Assembly: GCF_036321535.1 (NCBI RefSeq)
Contig: NC_087437.1
Location: 99,326,001 to 99,390,000 of the forward strand
Direction: 5' to 3'
DNA from: Camelus dromedarius
Taxonomy: Eukaryota
Length of the DNA: 64,000 nt
Shown: piece by piece, positions 13,201-25,812 of the stretch
Layout: the number at the start of each line of letters is the position of its first letter
Numbering within the stretch: the first letter of the stretch is position 1
Notes under the pieces: generated by a model
What the model was told of the DNA's origin: nothing
Databases searched by the model: none
What the model saw: only the letters and a program-made list of their open reading frames with translations
Translations under genes and position numbers: made by a program

Positions 13201-13730
13201 CTAGCCCCACCCCAGTTTCATGGTCATAGAGTTGGCCCTACACAGTCTCGATCCCTAACTCAGAAACTTGGATGATGGGGACACCATAGACGTAGTCACT
13301 CAGTCAAATAGCAGTGTGTCCCAGGCGCTGACTGCCAGATTGTGGCTGCTGCCTGTGGCCTCCCCGCTAAGCAGTTCTGTGTGAACCATGGCTCTAGAGG
13401 GGTAGTCAGTTTTTTAGCTTCTTATTATCTTACACTTAGGTAACCTAATCAGTAAACCTGGCGCTGATTTTCACTCCCTGTGGGGCAAGTGTGGCACCTC
13501 AGTTACCTTACAGATGAGGAAATGCTTGCCTCTTATTCCAAAAACCAACTGGTGCACTGCAGCTCACTTCTGTTTCTATTCTGTTTTTGGTCCACAGAAG
13601 GATTTGTCTTGTTTTGATATCAATTTTACATGCTCTCATTTAATATTTTATATATTTTACTGTTATATGCTGAAAGCAAAGGCAAGAATTTCAAACCATA
13701 TTCTTGACATTTTGACATGTTTCCCAAACC

Positions 13731-13885
13731 ATGTGCTTTGGAATCAGAATACATGGATTCAAATTCTAACTCACTTACTAACTTTGTTACTTTAGGAAAA
13801 GTCTAATTTGTTGAAAGTCTCCATTTCTTCCTATCAAAAATATTGATAGCAATGTTCTAAGCATTGAATGAGATAATGTGTTTGG
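13731..13885 (+). mobile_element. MIR SINE
   Basis: gctttggaatcaga...ggattcaaattctaactc...cttactaactttgttacttt...gaatgagataatgtg resembles the MIR core. Confidence 0.7.
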
Positions 13886-14403
13886 AAAGAAGTTAGCCCT
13901 CTGCTTAACCATGTTAACCAAATTCTAGGGAGAAAAAAAAGGAACCAAAACCAAAACCATACCAGACTCTGCTTGCTGATCATGTAGTGAATGAATGACA
14001 AAGGAAATGTAATACTTGTTTCTGTGCTCTGAGTGAATGCAGCATTATTATTTATGATAGCTAAAGTAAATTTCTAAAGATGAATGTCAAGTACATGTCT
14101 AACAGGTAGATAAACAATCTGTTACAATAGCCACATACCTTGGTAAGAGTGAATATATTTCAGAGAATTTCAGTAAAATAGGAAGCATTTCGCAAAATGA
14201 CCTTTTGGAATAGTTATTCTAAATTCATGGAAGAGTTACTCTTAAGCACAGTAGAAGAGCAGAAGAGATATGTGTCATGAGAACATGTTTTTGGATTGTT
14301 CTTTTGTTTTTCTGGCTTGTTCTTTTTACTTTATTAATGGTTATATATAATACATATTATATATATTTATACAATATATAAATTATACATATTACATATA
14401 TAA

Positions 14404-14406
<3 letters not shown>

Positions 14407-14443
<37 letters not shown>
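14407..14443. repeat. (TG)n microsatellite
   Basis: Perfect TG run preceded by a TA-rich tract. Confidence 0.97.
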
Positions 14444-14446
<3 letters not shown>

Positions 14447-14899
14447 ATAATAACAGTTTCACCAAAGAATGGGTTTCTGTAATAGTGAAAAAAAGAGAAA
14501 GGGAAGGGGGCAGTTTGTAAGGTTTTCAGAGGTCTTGTTTTGTAGCTTTGTAGTTAATTTATAATATTAACATCTTTTTGACTTTAGTATCTTTTCAAAA
14601 TATCTGTTTTGGTGGTTCAGGACTCAAACTGACAATCCTGGCAAAGGATATGTTTAGCTGGGTGGGAAATGAATCTCTGAAAATCAAAAGGTTTTGAAAG
14701 ATGAAAATGAAGATGAAGTAGCAGCAGCAACTTGTCTTTGTCTTAGAGTTTGAAAACAAAGAAAATAAAGACATGTTTCTAAGAAGCTATTGCTAATATA
14801 TCCTCGGGTAGAACATTTATGAAATACACATATTATTTTCCTTTCTTACCACCGGTTTTCCTCCATTAGGTTAGCTCTCTCTTTTATTTCCACTTATAA

Positions 14900-15290
14900 G
14901 AGCGTCTTCTGCTCATTTCTGAAATATTCTTGAGCTTCAGTGCTCCTTCCTGGGCTGTCTTTCTTTTACTATCCTCTTTGTTTTGTTCATCTCATCCATT
15001 TAGATGAGACTCAGATGCCATTACTAGCCAATCCCTAGACCACTTCTCTCTCCCAAATTTTAAACTAGTATCTCCAGTTAGCCTCCAGCACTTCATATTT
15101 ATAACATGTCCAAGTCTGAATCATCATCTCCCTGCCAGAGCACTTTTCAATCTCAGTCTGTCATTCACCGGGTTGCCCAAAACAGAATCAGGACATGAAA
15201 ATCTGCCTCCCTATAGTTCTCTCTCCCCACACATTTAAACTTTAGAAATGTGGATTCTATTTCTAAGCATTTCTATTTCTAATCATTTCT
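14900..15290 (+). mobile_element. L2 fragment
   Basis: ctccagcacttcatatttataacatgtccaagtctgaatcatcatctccc...cattcaccgggttgcccaa resembles L2 sequence. Confidence 0.6.
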
Positions 15291-15599
15291 CTGATGACAT
15301 GTACACATTTCCTACCACCTGACCAAGATTGTGAGCCACTTCAGAGTTATGTAACTCAAGGACAAAGGAATCTAGAGTCTGTATCCAAAATTCCCATCTG
15401 GCATTGGTTGAGGGTTACTCCTGAGGCCATTAACTCTAGAATTCCAGCCCACTTCATGGCAGTTCAAGCATACTCTTGGCTACAGAATATCCTCAGGCAG
15501 AGAGTGGCAGGTGCTTGCAGTAAAATTCCCTCAATATGTAAAGGCAATATGGATGCCAAGGATATATGAGAATAATACCAAGAGCATCTGCACTGTACG

Positions 15600-15950
15600 T
15601 TTAAGAGGCGTTTAAGTTGTTTCCAAGTATTTGCTATTTCCAAAAACACCATAAAGAATATTATTGTGTATGTCCTCTCGTGAACATGTCTTGGATTTTT
15701 CTTAGGGTATATATTCAAAAGTGAAATTGCTGTGCTGTGACATACGTGTGGCCTCAAAATTATGACTTCAAATTACTCTCTGAAGGTGCTATGCAAATTT
15801 CTGCTTCCATCAGCAGTTATTAGAGTACCCTTTTGCTCACATCTTTTCCAACCTTTAATATTGCTCAGTGTTTTAATTTTGGATATCTGTTGAGTAAAAT
15901 GGTATGTTAATTTTTTTCAATTTGAATTTTTTATTCATAATGAATTCAGA
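15600..15950 (-). mobile_element. Old L1 ORF2 3'-region fragment
   Basis: ttaagttgtttccaagtatttgcta...gggtatatattcaaaagtgaaattgctg. The minus ORF 15464-15757 contains a degenerate 'AISLLNIYPK' (L1 [11 protein letters not shown]). Confidence 0.7.
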
Positions 15951-16392
15951 AAGATTTCTGATGAATTTCTGAAACTGATGGAGACCTTAGCTATAAAGAG
16001 ACTATGAAATGCTACTTATTCTTTTTTAATGTGAATGCATCTTTATTTATTGACAATTCAAACACCCACTCTGGTTAATTATTTATTATACCTTGGCCAA
16101 TTTTTTCAGTTTGTTCATATTTTTCTTATTGACTTTCTGGCATTCTTTATTTATTTTTCGTTTTCCATCTGCTGTACTCCTCCCCACCATAGTTACCTTA
16201 GCAGAGTTTCTTTTTGAACATAGATTTTTACCCCCCTCATTATATACAATATATTAAACCATGCTTTGATCATGTAACATACTGTGGAGTTATTTAATGA
16301 TATGCAAGAAACTGCAATGCAAACTATGAAGAATAAAGGCATGAACACGATACACAATCTACCCTTGAGAGCTTAGTCTTTTTTATTATTAT

Positions 16393-16650
16393 CCTGTGTG
16401 ATTCCATTTATGAAGCTCAAGAACAGGCGTACCTAACTTATGGGAATAATAATCAGAAACTGTTTGCCTCTGGGTAGATGGAAAAATGGGGGATTAGCTG
16501 GAAAGGGGAACATGGAAACTCTGTGGAGCCATGGGTACGTATATCTTGTTTGGTATATACATAGGCGTGTGTATACAATTGTCAAAACTTATCAAACTGA
16601 ACACTTAGATTTGTTCATTTTATTTTGTGTAAAAGATAACCTCAACTAAA
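16393..16650 (+). mobile_element. L1 (L1MC/MD/ME-like) 3' UTR
   Basis: tgtgtgattccatttt...aagctcaagaacaggc...gtcaaaacttatcaaactgaacacttag...acctcaactaaa. Confidence 0.75.
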
Positions 16651-16675
16651 GATGTGCATGTGTGCATACCCACTA

Positions 16676-16680
<5 letters not shown>

Positions 16681-16713
<33 letters not shown>
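16681..16713. repeat. (CA)n microsatellite
   Basis: Perfect CA run. Confidence 0.97.
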
Positions 16714-16715
<2 letters not shown>

Positions 16716-17212
16716 AAATGTGTACTTCCAATCCCACAGAGAGACTCCCTAGTCCAGTTTCAACCCTTGGTTGTTGAGGAAGGGGGGAATTCTGTCTAGG
16801 ACTCCAACTAAATGGAAACAGAATTCATTGTAAAACAACTAGAATGCACTGACCCTCACTCCCCACCACTATCACCCCCAGGGCACTGTCATGGGCATCT
16901 TGCTATGGTGGGTGAGTGATTGGGCAGGTCTGGGTATGAATACCATGGGAAATCTGGCAGGTTAGGGCTAGGAGAGCTGTCAGTTCTCCTCCAGATTCTG
17001 TTTAGGCTCCTCTCTCATTGTGCTGATTGCGTGCACTGTGTTAACATGAGCTCACACGTTGATGTTTTCCTCTTCTGTGTAAATTCCCTGAGTAATTCTG
17101 CAGCTAAATAAAACCTCCCTTTCTGTCTCCCATCACCTCAACATAGTAGTTTTCTAGCTATTTTAATAAGAAAATTCACTCTATTTTGCTATATCCTGAT
17201 GGGCAGAATATC

Positions 17213-19380
17213 TTTTTTATTCTTTTTTGTTGTTGTTGAAGTATAGTCCATTTACAATGTTGTGTCAATTTCTGATGTATAACATAATGTTTCAGTCATA
17301 CACATGTGTACATATATTCCTTTTCATATTCTTTTTCATTATGGTTAGTACAAGATATTGAATATAGTTCCCTATGCTATACAGAAGTAACATGTTGTTT
17401 ACCTATTTTATATATAGTAGTTAGTATCTGCACATCTTGAACTCCCAATTTATCCCTTCCCCTGGTAACTATAAGTTTGTTTTCTATGTCTGTGAGTCTG
17501 TTTCTGTTTTGTAAATAAGTTCATTTGTGTCTTTTTTTTTTTTTGATTCCACATATAAGTGATATCATATGGTATTTTTCTTTCTCTTTCTGGCTTACTT
17601 CACCTAGTATGATAATCTCCAGGTCCATCCATATTGCTGCAAATGGCATTATGTTATCCTCTTTTATGGCTGAGTAGTATTCCATTGTACATATACATTA
17701 CAACTTCTTTATCCAGTCATTTGTCAATGGACATTTAGATTGTTTCCATGTCTTGGCTATTGTAAATAATGCTGCTATGAACATTGGGATGTATGTATGT
17801 CTTTGGATTAGAGTTCTCTTCAGATATATGCCCAGGAGTGGGATTGCTGGATCATGATCATATGGTATAAGTCTGTTTTTAGTTTTTTGAGGACTCTCCA
17901 TACTGTTTTCCATAATGTCTGCACCAAACTACATTCCCACCAACAGTGTGAAAAGTTTCCCTTTTCTCCATATCCTCTCCAGCATTTATTGTTTGTGGAT
18001 TTTTTAGTGATGACCCTTCTGACTAATGTGAAGCAATACCTCATTATAGTTTTGATTTTTATTTCTCTGACAATTAACGATATTGAGCACTTTTTCATGT
18101 GCCTATTGGCCATTTGTACATCTTCATAGGAGAATTGCTTATTTAGGTGTTCTGCTTATTTTTGGATTGGATTTTTTTTTTGTTATTGAATTGTATGAAC
18201 TGTTTGTGTATTCTGGAGATTAAGACCTTGTCAGTTGCATTTTTTGCAAATATTCTTTCCCATTTTGTAGGTTGTCTCTTTGTTTTGTATAAAGTTTCCT
18301 TTTCTGTACAAAAGCTTATAAGTTTAATTAGGTCACATTCATTTATTTTTGCTTTTATTTCTATTTCCTGGGTAGACTGCCCTAGAACATTGCTAAGAGT
18401 TATATCATAGAATGTTTTGCCTATGTTTTCTTTTAAGAGGTTTATAGTGGCTTGTCTTACATTTAAGTTTTTAAGCCATTTTGAGTTTTTGTGTATGGTG
18501 TGAGGGGGTGTTCTAACTTCATTGATTTACATGTGGCTGTCCAGCTTTTCCAACACCATTTACTGAAGAGGCTGTCTATTCTCTGTTGTACATTCTTGCC
18601 TCCTTTCTCAAAGATTAATTGACTGTAAGTCGGTGGGTTTATTTTGTTCCATTGGTCCATATGTCTGTTTTTGTGTCAATGCCATGCTGTTTTGATTACT
18701 GTAGCCCTGTAGTATTGTCTGAAGTCTGGGAGGGTTATTCCTCCAGCTTGGTTCTTTTTCTTCAGTATTGCTTTGGCAATTCTGGGTCTTTTGTGATTCC
18801 ATATAAATTTTAGGATTATTTGTTCTTTTTCTGTGAAAAATGTCCTAAGTAATTTGATAGGTATCTCATTAAATCTGTAGATTGCTTAGGGTAATATGGC
18901 CATTTTAACAATAGTAATTCTTTCAGTCCAAGAGCATGGTCTGTCTTTCCGTTTCTTTAAATCATCTTTAATCTCCTTAATTAATGTTTTGTACTTCTCA
19001 GTGTCTAAGTCTTTTACTTCCTTGGTCAGGTTTTTTTCCTAAATATTTTTTTGATGCAATTTTAAAAGTGATTTTTTTTACTTTTCTGATATTTCACTAT
19101 TAGGATAAAGAAGTAAACTGATTTCCATATGTTAATCTTGTATCCTGCTACCTTTCCAAATTCTTTTATCAGCTCTAATAGTTTTTGTTTGGAGCCTTTG
19201 GGCTTTTCTATATATAGTCTCATGTCATCCACATATAGTAACAATTTTACCTCTTCTCTTCCAATTTGGGTCCCTTTTATTTCTTTTTCTCATCTGATTG
19301 CTATTGCTAGAACTTCCAATACTATGTTGAATAGAAGTAGTGAGAGTGCCCTCCTTTTTTTGTTCCAGAGTTTAGCAGGA
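17213..19380 (-). mobile_element. 5'-truncated, frameshifted LINE-1 (~2.2 kb; RT domain through 3' UTR)
   Basis: Minus-strand ORF pieces match L1 ORF2p: [23 protein letters not shown] (RT YxDD region, 19062-19244), [26 protein letters not shown] (18463-18660), [22 protein letters not shown] (17820-18113) and [10 protein letters not shown] (17698-17913). The T-rich tail is at the left end. Confidence 0.97.
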
Positions 19381-19604
19381 ATGCTGAAAGTTGAATCTTA
19401 CACATGATGTTAAGAGTTATAAAGCATTATGGAAATTCAGGGAGGAGATATTTATTTTCCAGTTGAAAAATTAATACTCCTCAAAACAACTGAGAATTAT
19501 GCAACATGAGATTAAATTTATTCTTGCACCATATTTTTTTTACCCTGCATCTTAAATACCAAGTTTTCTATAGCTATGGAATATTAGCAAATTAATTAAG
19601 GAAA

Positions 19605-20520
19605 ATATATGTTAAGGGTCTACTATATATCAGGCACTGTGAAATATTAATGGGGGTGTAAGAGAGAATAAAGTAGATAATCCCTGATTTCATGGGAAGT
19701 AGAGGCTGAGAATTAAATAACAATGAGGGGTAGCACAGCTATTGTGGAAAACAGTATGGAGATTCCTCAAAAGACTAAAAATAGACTTACCATATGACCC
19801 AGCATCCCAGTCCTGGGCATATATCCAAAGGGAACCCTAATTCAAAAAGACACCTGCACCCCAGTGTTCATAGCAGCACTATTTATAATAGCCAACTCAT
19901 GGAAACAACCTAAATTTCCATCAACAAATGACTGAATAAAGAAGTTGTAGTATATTTATACAATGGAATACTACTCAGCCATAAAAAATCATAAAATAAT
20001 GCCATTAGTAGCTCATGGTGAAAAAGAATATGAAAATGAATATATATATATTAATGTATGGCTGAAGAATTGTGCTATACACCAGAAATTGACACAACAT
20101 TGTTAACTCACTATACCTCAATAAAAAATGTATATGTTATAAATAAAAAAAATCACAATGAGGGAAGAGTAGATACTGTATAAAAGGGCATGCTGGGAGA
20201 TATAGTATATTTATTGACCGAATTCCTAGGTTTCAGACTGAAGCCTGTTTGAGAAGTAGAAATAGCCAGGTAAGGGTCGGGAACATTCCAGGAAAAGGAA
20301 AGAGAATGTGCAATATTATGAAACTGAGAATGTGGTGAGTTTAAGGAACTGCAAAAAGTTCAAATTGGATGGAGTAGAGTTCTAGGGGTGAAACTGTAGA
20401 GATAAGCACTGGCTCAGTCTTGAAAGGCCCAGTTTGGGCTCTATTCCACGGGCACTAGGGATCCAGTTAAAGGGTTTAATAAGACTGTCAAATAGTCAGA
20501 TACTGTCTTAGTTAGATAGA
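19605..20520 (-). mobile_element. L2 fragment interrupted by the L1 at 19730-20150
   Basis: tactatatatcaggcactgtg...tccctgatttcatgg lies before the insert and ggaacattccaggaaaagg...aaggaactgcaaaaagttc after it. Confidence 0.65.
19730..20150 (+). mobile_element. 5'-truncated L1 3' end with an internal deletion and ~14-bp TSD
   Basis: ORF2 end (gtggaaaacagtatggagattcctc...catatgacccagcatccc) and an A-rich tail, flanked by aataacaatgaggg (19716-19729) and aatcacaatgaggg (20151-20164). Confidence 0.92.
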
Positions 20521-20779
20521 AAATATCCTGAGATGAATGGTAGTTAAAGCCATGACAATTGGTATACTTTTCAAGAAATTTCTTAATCTGGCTACTATAG
20601 TTACTTAGAGGTTTCAAAAACAGGTTTCAAGTTATCTGTAAATGGCCAATGTTTATGCAGAATATATATATGTGTGTGTGTGTGTATATTTATATATATA
20701 TATATGTCTTCATTAAATTATCAAACTTGTCATTGACTAAAAAATTTAAGAATCACTAGATTAAATTATGAACAGAAGT

Positions 20780-21299
20780 TCATTATTCAGCCATAAAAAA
20801 GAAGGAAATCCTACGATTTGCAACAATATGGATGAACTCTGAGAGTATTGTACTAAGTGAAATATCAAATAGCAAAAGACATATACTGTATGATCTCATT
20901 TATATGTGAAATCTAAAAAAAACAAACTCATGGAAACGGAGAACAGATTGGCGGTTGCCAGAGGTAGGGGGAAGGAAGTGGGGGAAATGAGTGAAGGTGG
21001 GTAAAAGGTACAAACTTCCAATTATAAAGTAAATAAGTCCTAGGGATGTAATGTACAGCATGGAGACCATAATTAACAATATTGTAGATTTGGAAGTTGT
21101 TAAGAGAGTAGCCCGGAAAGGTTCTCATTGCAAGAAAAAAATTGTAACTATTGGAGGTGAGATGATGAATGTTAAGTAAATTTATTGTGGTAATCATTTC
21201 ACAATGTATACATACTTACATGACATTATTATGTTGTATATCTTAAATTTATACAATATTATATGTCAATTATGTCTCAATAAAACTGAAGGAAAAAAA
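20780..21299 (+). mobile_element. L1MA/MB-like 3' end
   Basis: tattcagccataaaaaagaaggaaatcc...atttgcaacaatatggatgaac...tatatgtcaattatgtctcaataaaactg followed by an A-tail. Confidence 0.9.
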
Positions 21300-21424
21300 C
21301 TATAGATGCCTAGAAAAGAACCCTTGAGAAAATCAGTATTTAAGGAAGAGGAGGAGTTCAAAAAGAGGTAGAGAAAGTATGGCCAGAGAAATAGCAGAGA
21401 GAAGCATGCAGGTGTCCTGAAGTG

Positions 21425-21795
21425 CTTAGGAACTATAAGAAAAAGGCTCCCAAGTTAAGTTCCTTAAATAAAATAGAAGCTTATATCTCTCGTAGCATAA
21501 GCCCATGTTTGTGATGGGGTCACTCTGCTGGTCCAGGTCATTCAGGAACCCTGACTCCTTTTGCCTTGTTGCTTTGGTTGAGTTGCCGGTATTTCTGAGC
21601 CCACAGAGGAAGAGCAAAAAGGCCAAAGTTTAGGAACAGTAGCCTGTCTTTAAGTTTAAGACAGCATAAATTTAGCCACACAGACACGACTGGATGCAAG
21701 AAAAGCTGGGAAATGTAGTTTCCACTTGGAAGACCACGTGCTAGGAAGAGGTGCAGAGTGAATTCGGGGAGAGCAACCGGCAGTTGCCCCACCAA
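21425..21795 (-). mobile_element. MLT1-type MaLR LTR
   Basis: ggtcattcaggaaccctgactcctt...ggatgcaagaaaagctgggaaatgtagttt are typical of old MLT1 LTRs. Confidence 0.7.
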
Positions 21796-21849
21796 CTTTT
21801 TAAGTTTAAAAAAAAATGCTTAGTGATTAGGTAGGTTTATATATCCATT

Positions 21850-22080
21850 TAAAATGTTTATTGAGCAATTGCTCTGTTTGATCATTTTTCTATGTGAGAC
21901 AGGATACAGACCTTAAAAAAATATCTGCTACCAAGTAGCTAATATTCTAGAAAGGAGAGAGAGGTATTAAACGAATTAACAAATAAATGTGTAATATAAT
22001 ATTAGGAAGTAATAAGTACTAAGATGAAACTGAGAAAGGATAGAAGTGCTATTTTTAGATAGACTAGTCAAGGAAAATCT
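21850..22080 (-). mobile_element. L2 3' end
   Basis: aaatgtttattgagca...agctaatattctag...gtgctattttagatagactagtcaaggaaa. Confidence 0.65.
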
Positions 22081-25000
22081 ATTATGTTAACAATTGAAAA
22101 GGATCTTTTGAAAGACAGAATATTGAGATTTCCGTCACTGAGAAAGAATTTGAAGTTGAGTTGAAAGCCTAGAATATTGGTTGAAATAAAACAAGAAGAG
22201 TTGCTAGTTAGGAGCTTCAGAGTTAAAAGAGAGTTATCTCTTTAAGGATTTGGGGTGAAAATTGACCATAATTATAGCCTGAAGAGAAAATGCATGTAGA
22301 GATGAGGTTGTTGCAGGTCCTAGTGCTGGAAGGAGGGGCCTGATGGGCACAAGTGTAAATAGTTCATATCAGATGACCTCATTTTCCCCTAAGTGAGAAC
22401 CAGGAAATCTATTGAGAGTGACAGCTGTCAGGTTCTTGGTAAGAATAATGAAAGTATTCAATTGTTATGGTAAACCTCCAGCAAACATGAGAAGCCCTAG
22501 TCTAGGAAAGAAGTGTGTCATGGGATTGAATCTGTGCTGGGGTTTTTCTGGGTGTGGGTAGTAGCTGGGTCCACCTGCGCTAGGTAAAAGAGGGTGAGGA
22601 GGAGAGATTAAGTGACGAAGCATAATGTCTACTCCACATCGCAAAAGGTATAGTCTCCTTCAGGGAGAACTAACTAGGGAACCACATGCCCATTTCTAGA
22701 GCGTGCCTGAGTCTGTAAAGAGACTGAAAAATATGTTTCAGTTCATAGTTTTCAGGACACGCTTATTTTTTATTAATTTGATACTCAAAATTCTAAATTT
22801 TTCATTTAGTTGACTCCCTTGTTTTTGTTGTGTGGGGCAGTTGTGTAGGGTTGTAAACTCACTGTTACAGTTACGAAATTAGGAAGGTAAGTCATAAAAC
22901 TATTAAGAAAGTAAATCTTAAGTGAATCCTTATTGAATCCTGTCATTTGGTTTTTCTTTAATACCTTCCAGTCCTAGTAGAATTACTGTTTTTACTTCAC
23001 ATGATGACTAAGGAAATGGAGAGTTCTGGGGGAAAATACATATCATTTATAAGCTATTTATTAATTTATAAAATGTTTAGCATCATGTGTGTCATCTTTT
23101 ATATTCCATTAATCCATAGATACTACATCATAGAGCAGTCAGCCCTTCCTGGCAAGCGTATTTTTCTTGATAAGTTAATTATATATATTTTTCACTTTTG
23201 TCCTTTATATCTGGATATTTGCATATTTCCACCACTATCCCCATATTTTTATCAGAAATGACATCAGATATAGGGAAATCATGGCCAGAGCTACTAGGAT
23301 TTTTTGCCTTTTGAAAGGAATACCTTGACATTATAACATTTTCTATTCTTTCAAGCCTTTTAGTTTATTTTTATAAAACTATTTATAGTTTCTGTTAATT
23401 TTCCGGTCCTCAGATTACTCCAAGAAATATCTAATTTAGCCTTTTTGAAGTGTTGTTGTCTCCAAGCAAGTCTATTCTTCCTAGTATTTATTTTTCTATG
23501 AAATATTATTATTAGTTTGTCTTTCCTCAAAGGTCACAAAGTGTCTTCATGATTTTCCTCTGGACTTTCAGTTGCATTCGCTTATTTTCTCTGACTTCTC
23601 TTACCTTTCTTTCTGGAAGATGTAGCTGATTTCTGCATTCAAGTCTTGTAATTCGTTACTTTGAAGTGAAATTCCTTTTTGCCTTCAGATCTCTGCACAA
23701 TCTCTCTTTCATTACTCTGCTTGTATTGCCACTTCTTGCTGCTTTAAGTTTCTCCTACGCTATTCCCCATTGCTAACACAGTCCTCCCCTCAGCAGAAAT
23801 TTCACTCCAGTGTCTGTAAAATATCTCCCCTCAACAAAGAAGAGGCAGACATTTAAACTTCAAACTAAATGTGGTATTCTTTGACATCAATCTTCTCTAT
23901 GTTAAATTCTAATATGTCCACTGATAATTGGCTTTCTTATTGTTCTCACCTTCTCAATCAATATTTTCATGTCAGTCAGATGCAAATTAGTAAGATTAGA
24001 TTTCATATGTTCTTGAAGGTAGCATATCACAACACAATGTAGCAAGACTTTTACAATCAATATTCATTTGTACTATTTACGCACTAGAAATTACTTAGGG
24101 GAAAATGTCACAGGAATAGGGCTCAAATCATCTAGGTTTAGAACACTTTAATCAACATTTAGAATTCTTTTCTCCTGTGGATAGAAAAATGATCAATGCT
24201 TACTAAATGTTATTAACCTTTTAATCACTGTTATGCATTTAGCAAATCAATTTATCTACTGTGTGATAAGAAATGACTAGTTAGAGAAATTTAGAAAAGA
24301 ACATTGATGCTTCATACACATACACAAACACACACACATAGATTTATAGACACACATTATAGAATGTTACATTTCGTATTTTATCTGCATAAATTACTGA
24401 AATGCTTTGAATGAGATTAAGACAAAAATAAATTCTGTGATTTGAAAATCCCAGCACACACCGTTAAAAACAAGAAACAGAATGTGTACTCCTTGTAATT
24501 CTTATTGTAAAGATTATTCATGAATCATATAATTTCAAAATATTATTAATCTTTAGGAAAATGTTGGGGATTGACGTTCTTTAATGCTTTTATAGCCAAG
24601 GGATTCAATTTTTTAAAATGGGAAAATTTAGCATTTACTATACATTTTGGAGCATCTACTCCTTCCCTCACTTGCTGGACACAGGATGCAAAGATAACAG
24701 ACACAGTTGCTCTCTCAAGAAGTTCTTAAATTATTTTAGTTCATTTTGCAGAAAGTGTGACTATTGTTTATAATGCTACTATATTCCACTTATTTTTAAT
24801 TTTTTTCTTAAATAATGACTATCATCTATCTAAATGTCTAGATTAACTTTTTTGGGGATAAGTCTAAATGTTTTAGCTTGTTTTACAGGGAGATATGCTA
24901 CATGTTGCCTGTCAGCAATTGAGGAACAGACTAGTTACATGCCTAGTCTTTTTCCAGCCACTCTGGCAGGTGCTTGGGGATACACAGAGAAATATCTGAC

Positions 25001-25479
25001 ATAATTCCTGCTCACCAGGAGCTAAGTAGCATTAGAGAGAATTAAGTAACAGAGTCTCTTTAATACTTTTTTGAAAAGGTAGAATATAAAGATTTATTTA
25101 GAATATGAAGTGTTACCAAAGAATGTATGTAAATACATAGCAAGGTGAAAACTTTCTGAAAGACCTGGTAATTATGTAAAAGCAAAGCACCTGCTAGGCC
25201 TTGAGTGCTAGGAAGGATTGAGACATATAGCTATGAATTTAAGTCTAGCCAAATGGGTTCCATGCCAGCAGGAAGGACCACAGACCAAACCATACGGATG
25301 TAGCAACTCCCAGGAGAGTGTATCCAAATGTAGAAACTGTTGGTTTGATCCAAGCACTAGAACGGAGATGGGTTCAGCACTGGAGAAAAGATGTGATGGC
25401 CATTCCAGTCAAAGTAGAGTCACTCCAGCAAATCCATCGAAAATAAGATCATTATGGCGTTATTTGTTATTTTCCCACT

Positions 25480-25812
25480 GTAATAATTAGCTGATGAGTC
25501 AGCAGACCTATGGTAGTAAGATCACATTTGCTGATGTAATAGATAAATCCCCAGCATCTTAGAAGTTTGGAACTTACTCAAAACATAGTCCAGGGCAGTG
25601 TGCCTTGCCAGGTTCCCTCCCTCTTGCAGCTCCACCAGCATCATCTCCCACAGCCTCAGATTATGAGTTCATGCATGGGAGGATTTTATGGTTCTGATGG
25701 GGAAGCATTGTACATCAATCCTACCCACTTTCTGCTCTTCAGAACTCAGACACATGGCCATACCTTGCTTAAGTGAACTGGGAAATGTGTCCATCTGTGT
25801 CCCCAAGAAAAA
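25480..25812 (-). mobile_element. MLT1-type MaLR LTR
   Basis: cagaactcagacacatggccatacc...ctgggaaatgtgtccatctgtgtccccaagaa. Confidence 0.6.

Noticed and set aside
17698..19407. Reverse transcriptase-like ORFs as a functional gene or novel RT system
   Set aside because: They are frameshifted fragments of an ordinary 5'-truncated L1 ORF2.
24889..24970. Acceptor-like ttgttttacag|G (similar sites at ~33992, ~41025, ~50462, ~54577 and ~63060)
   Set aside because: No convincing matching donor at exon distance in most cases; such sites are common in AT-rich introns.
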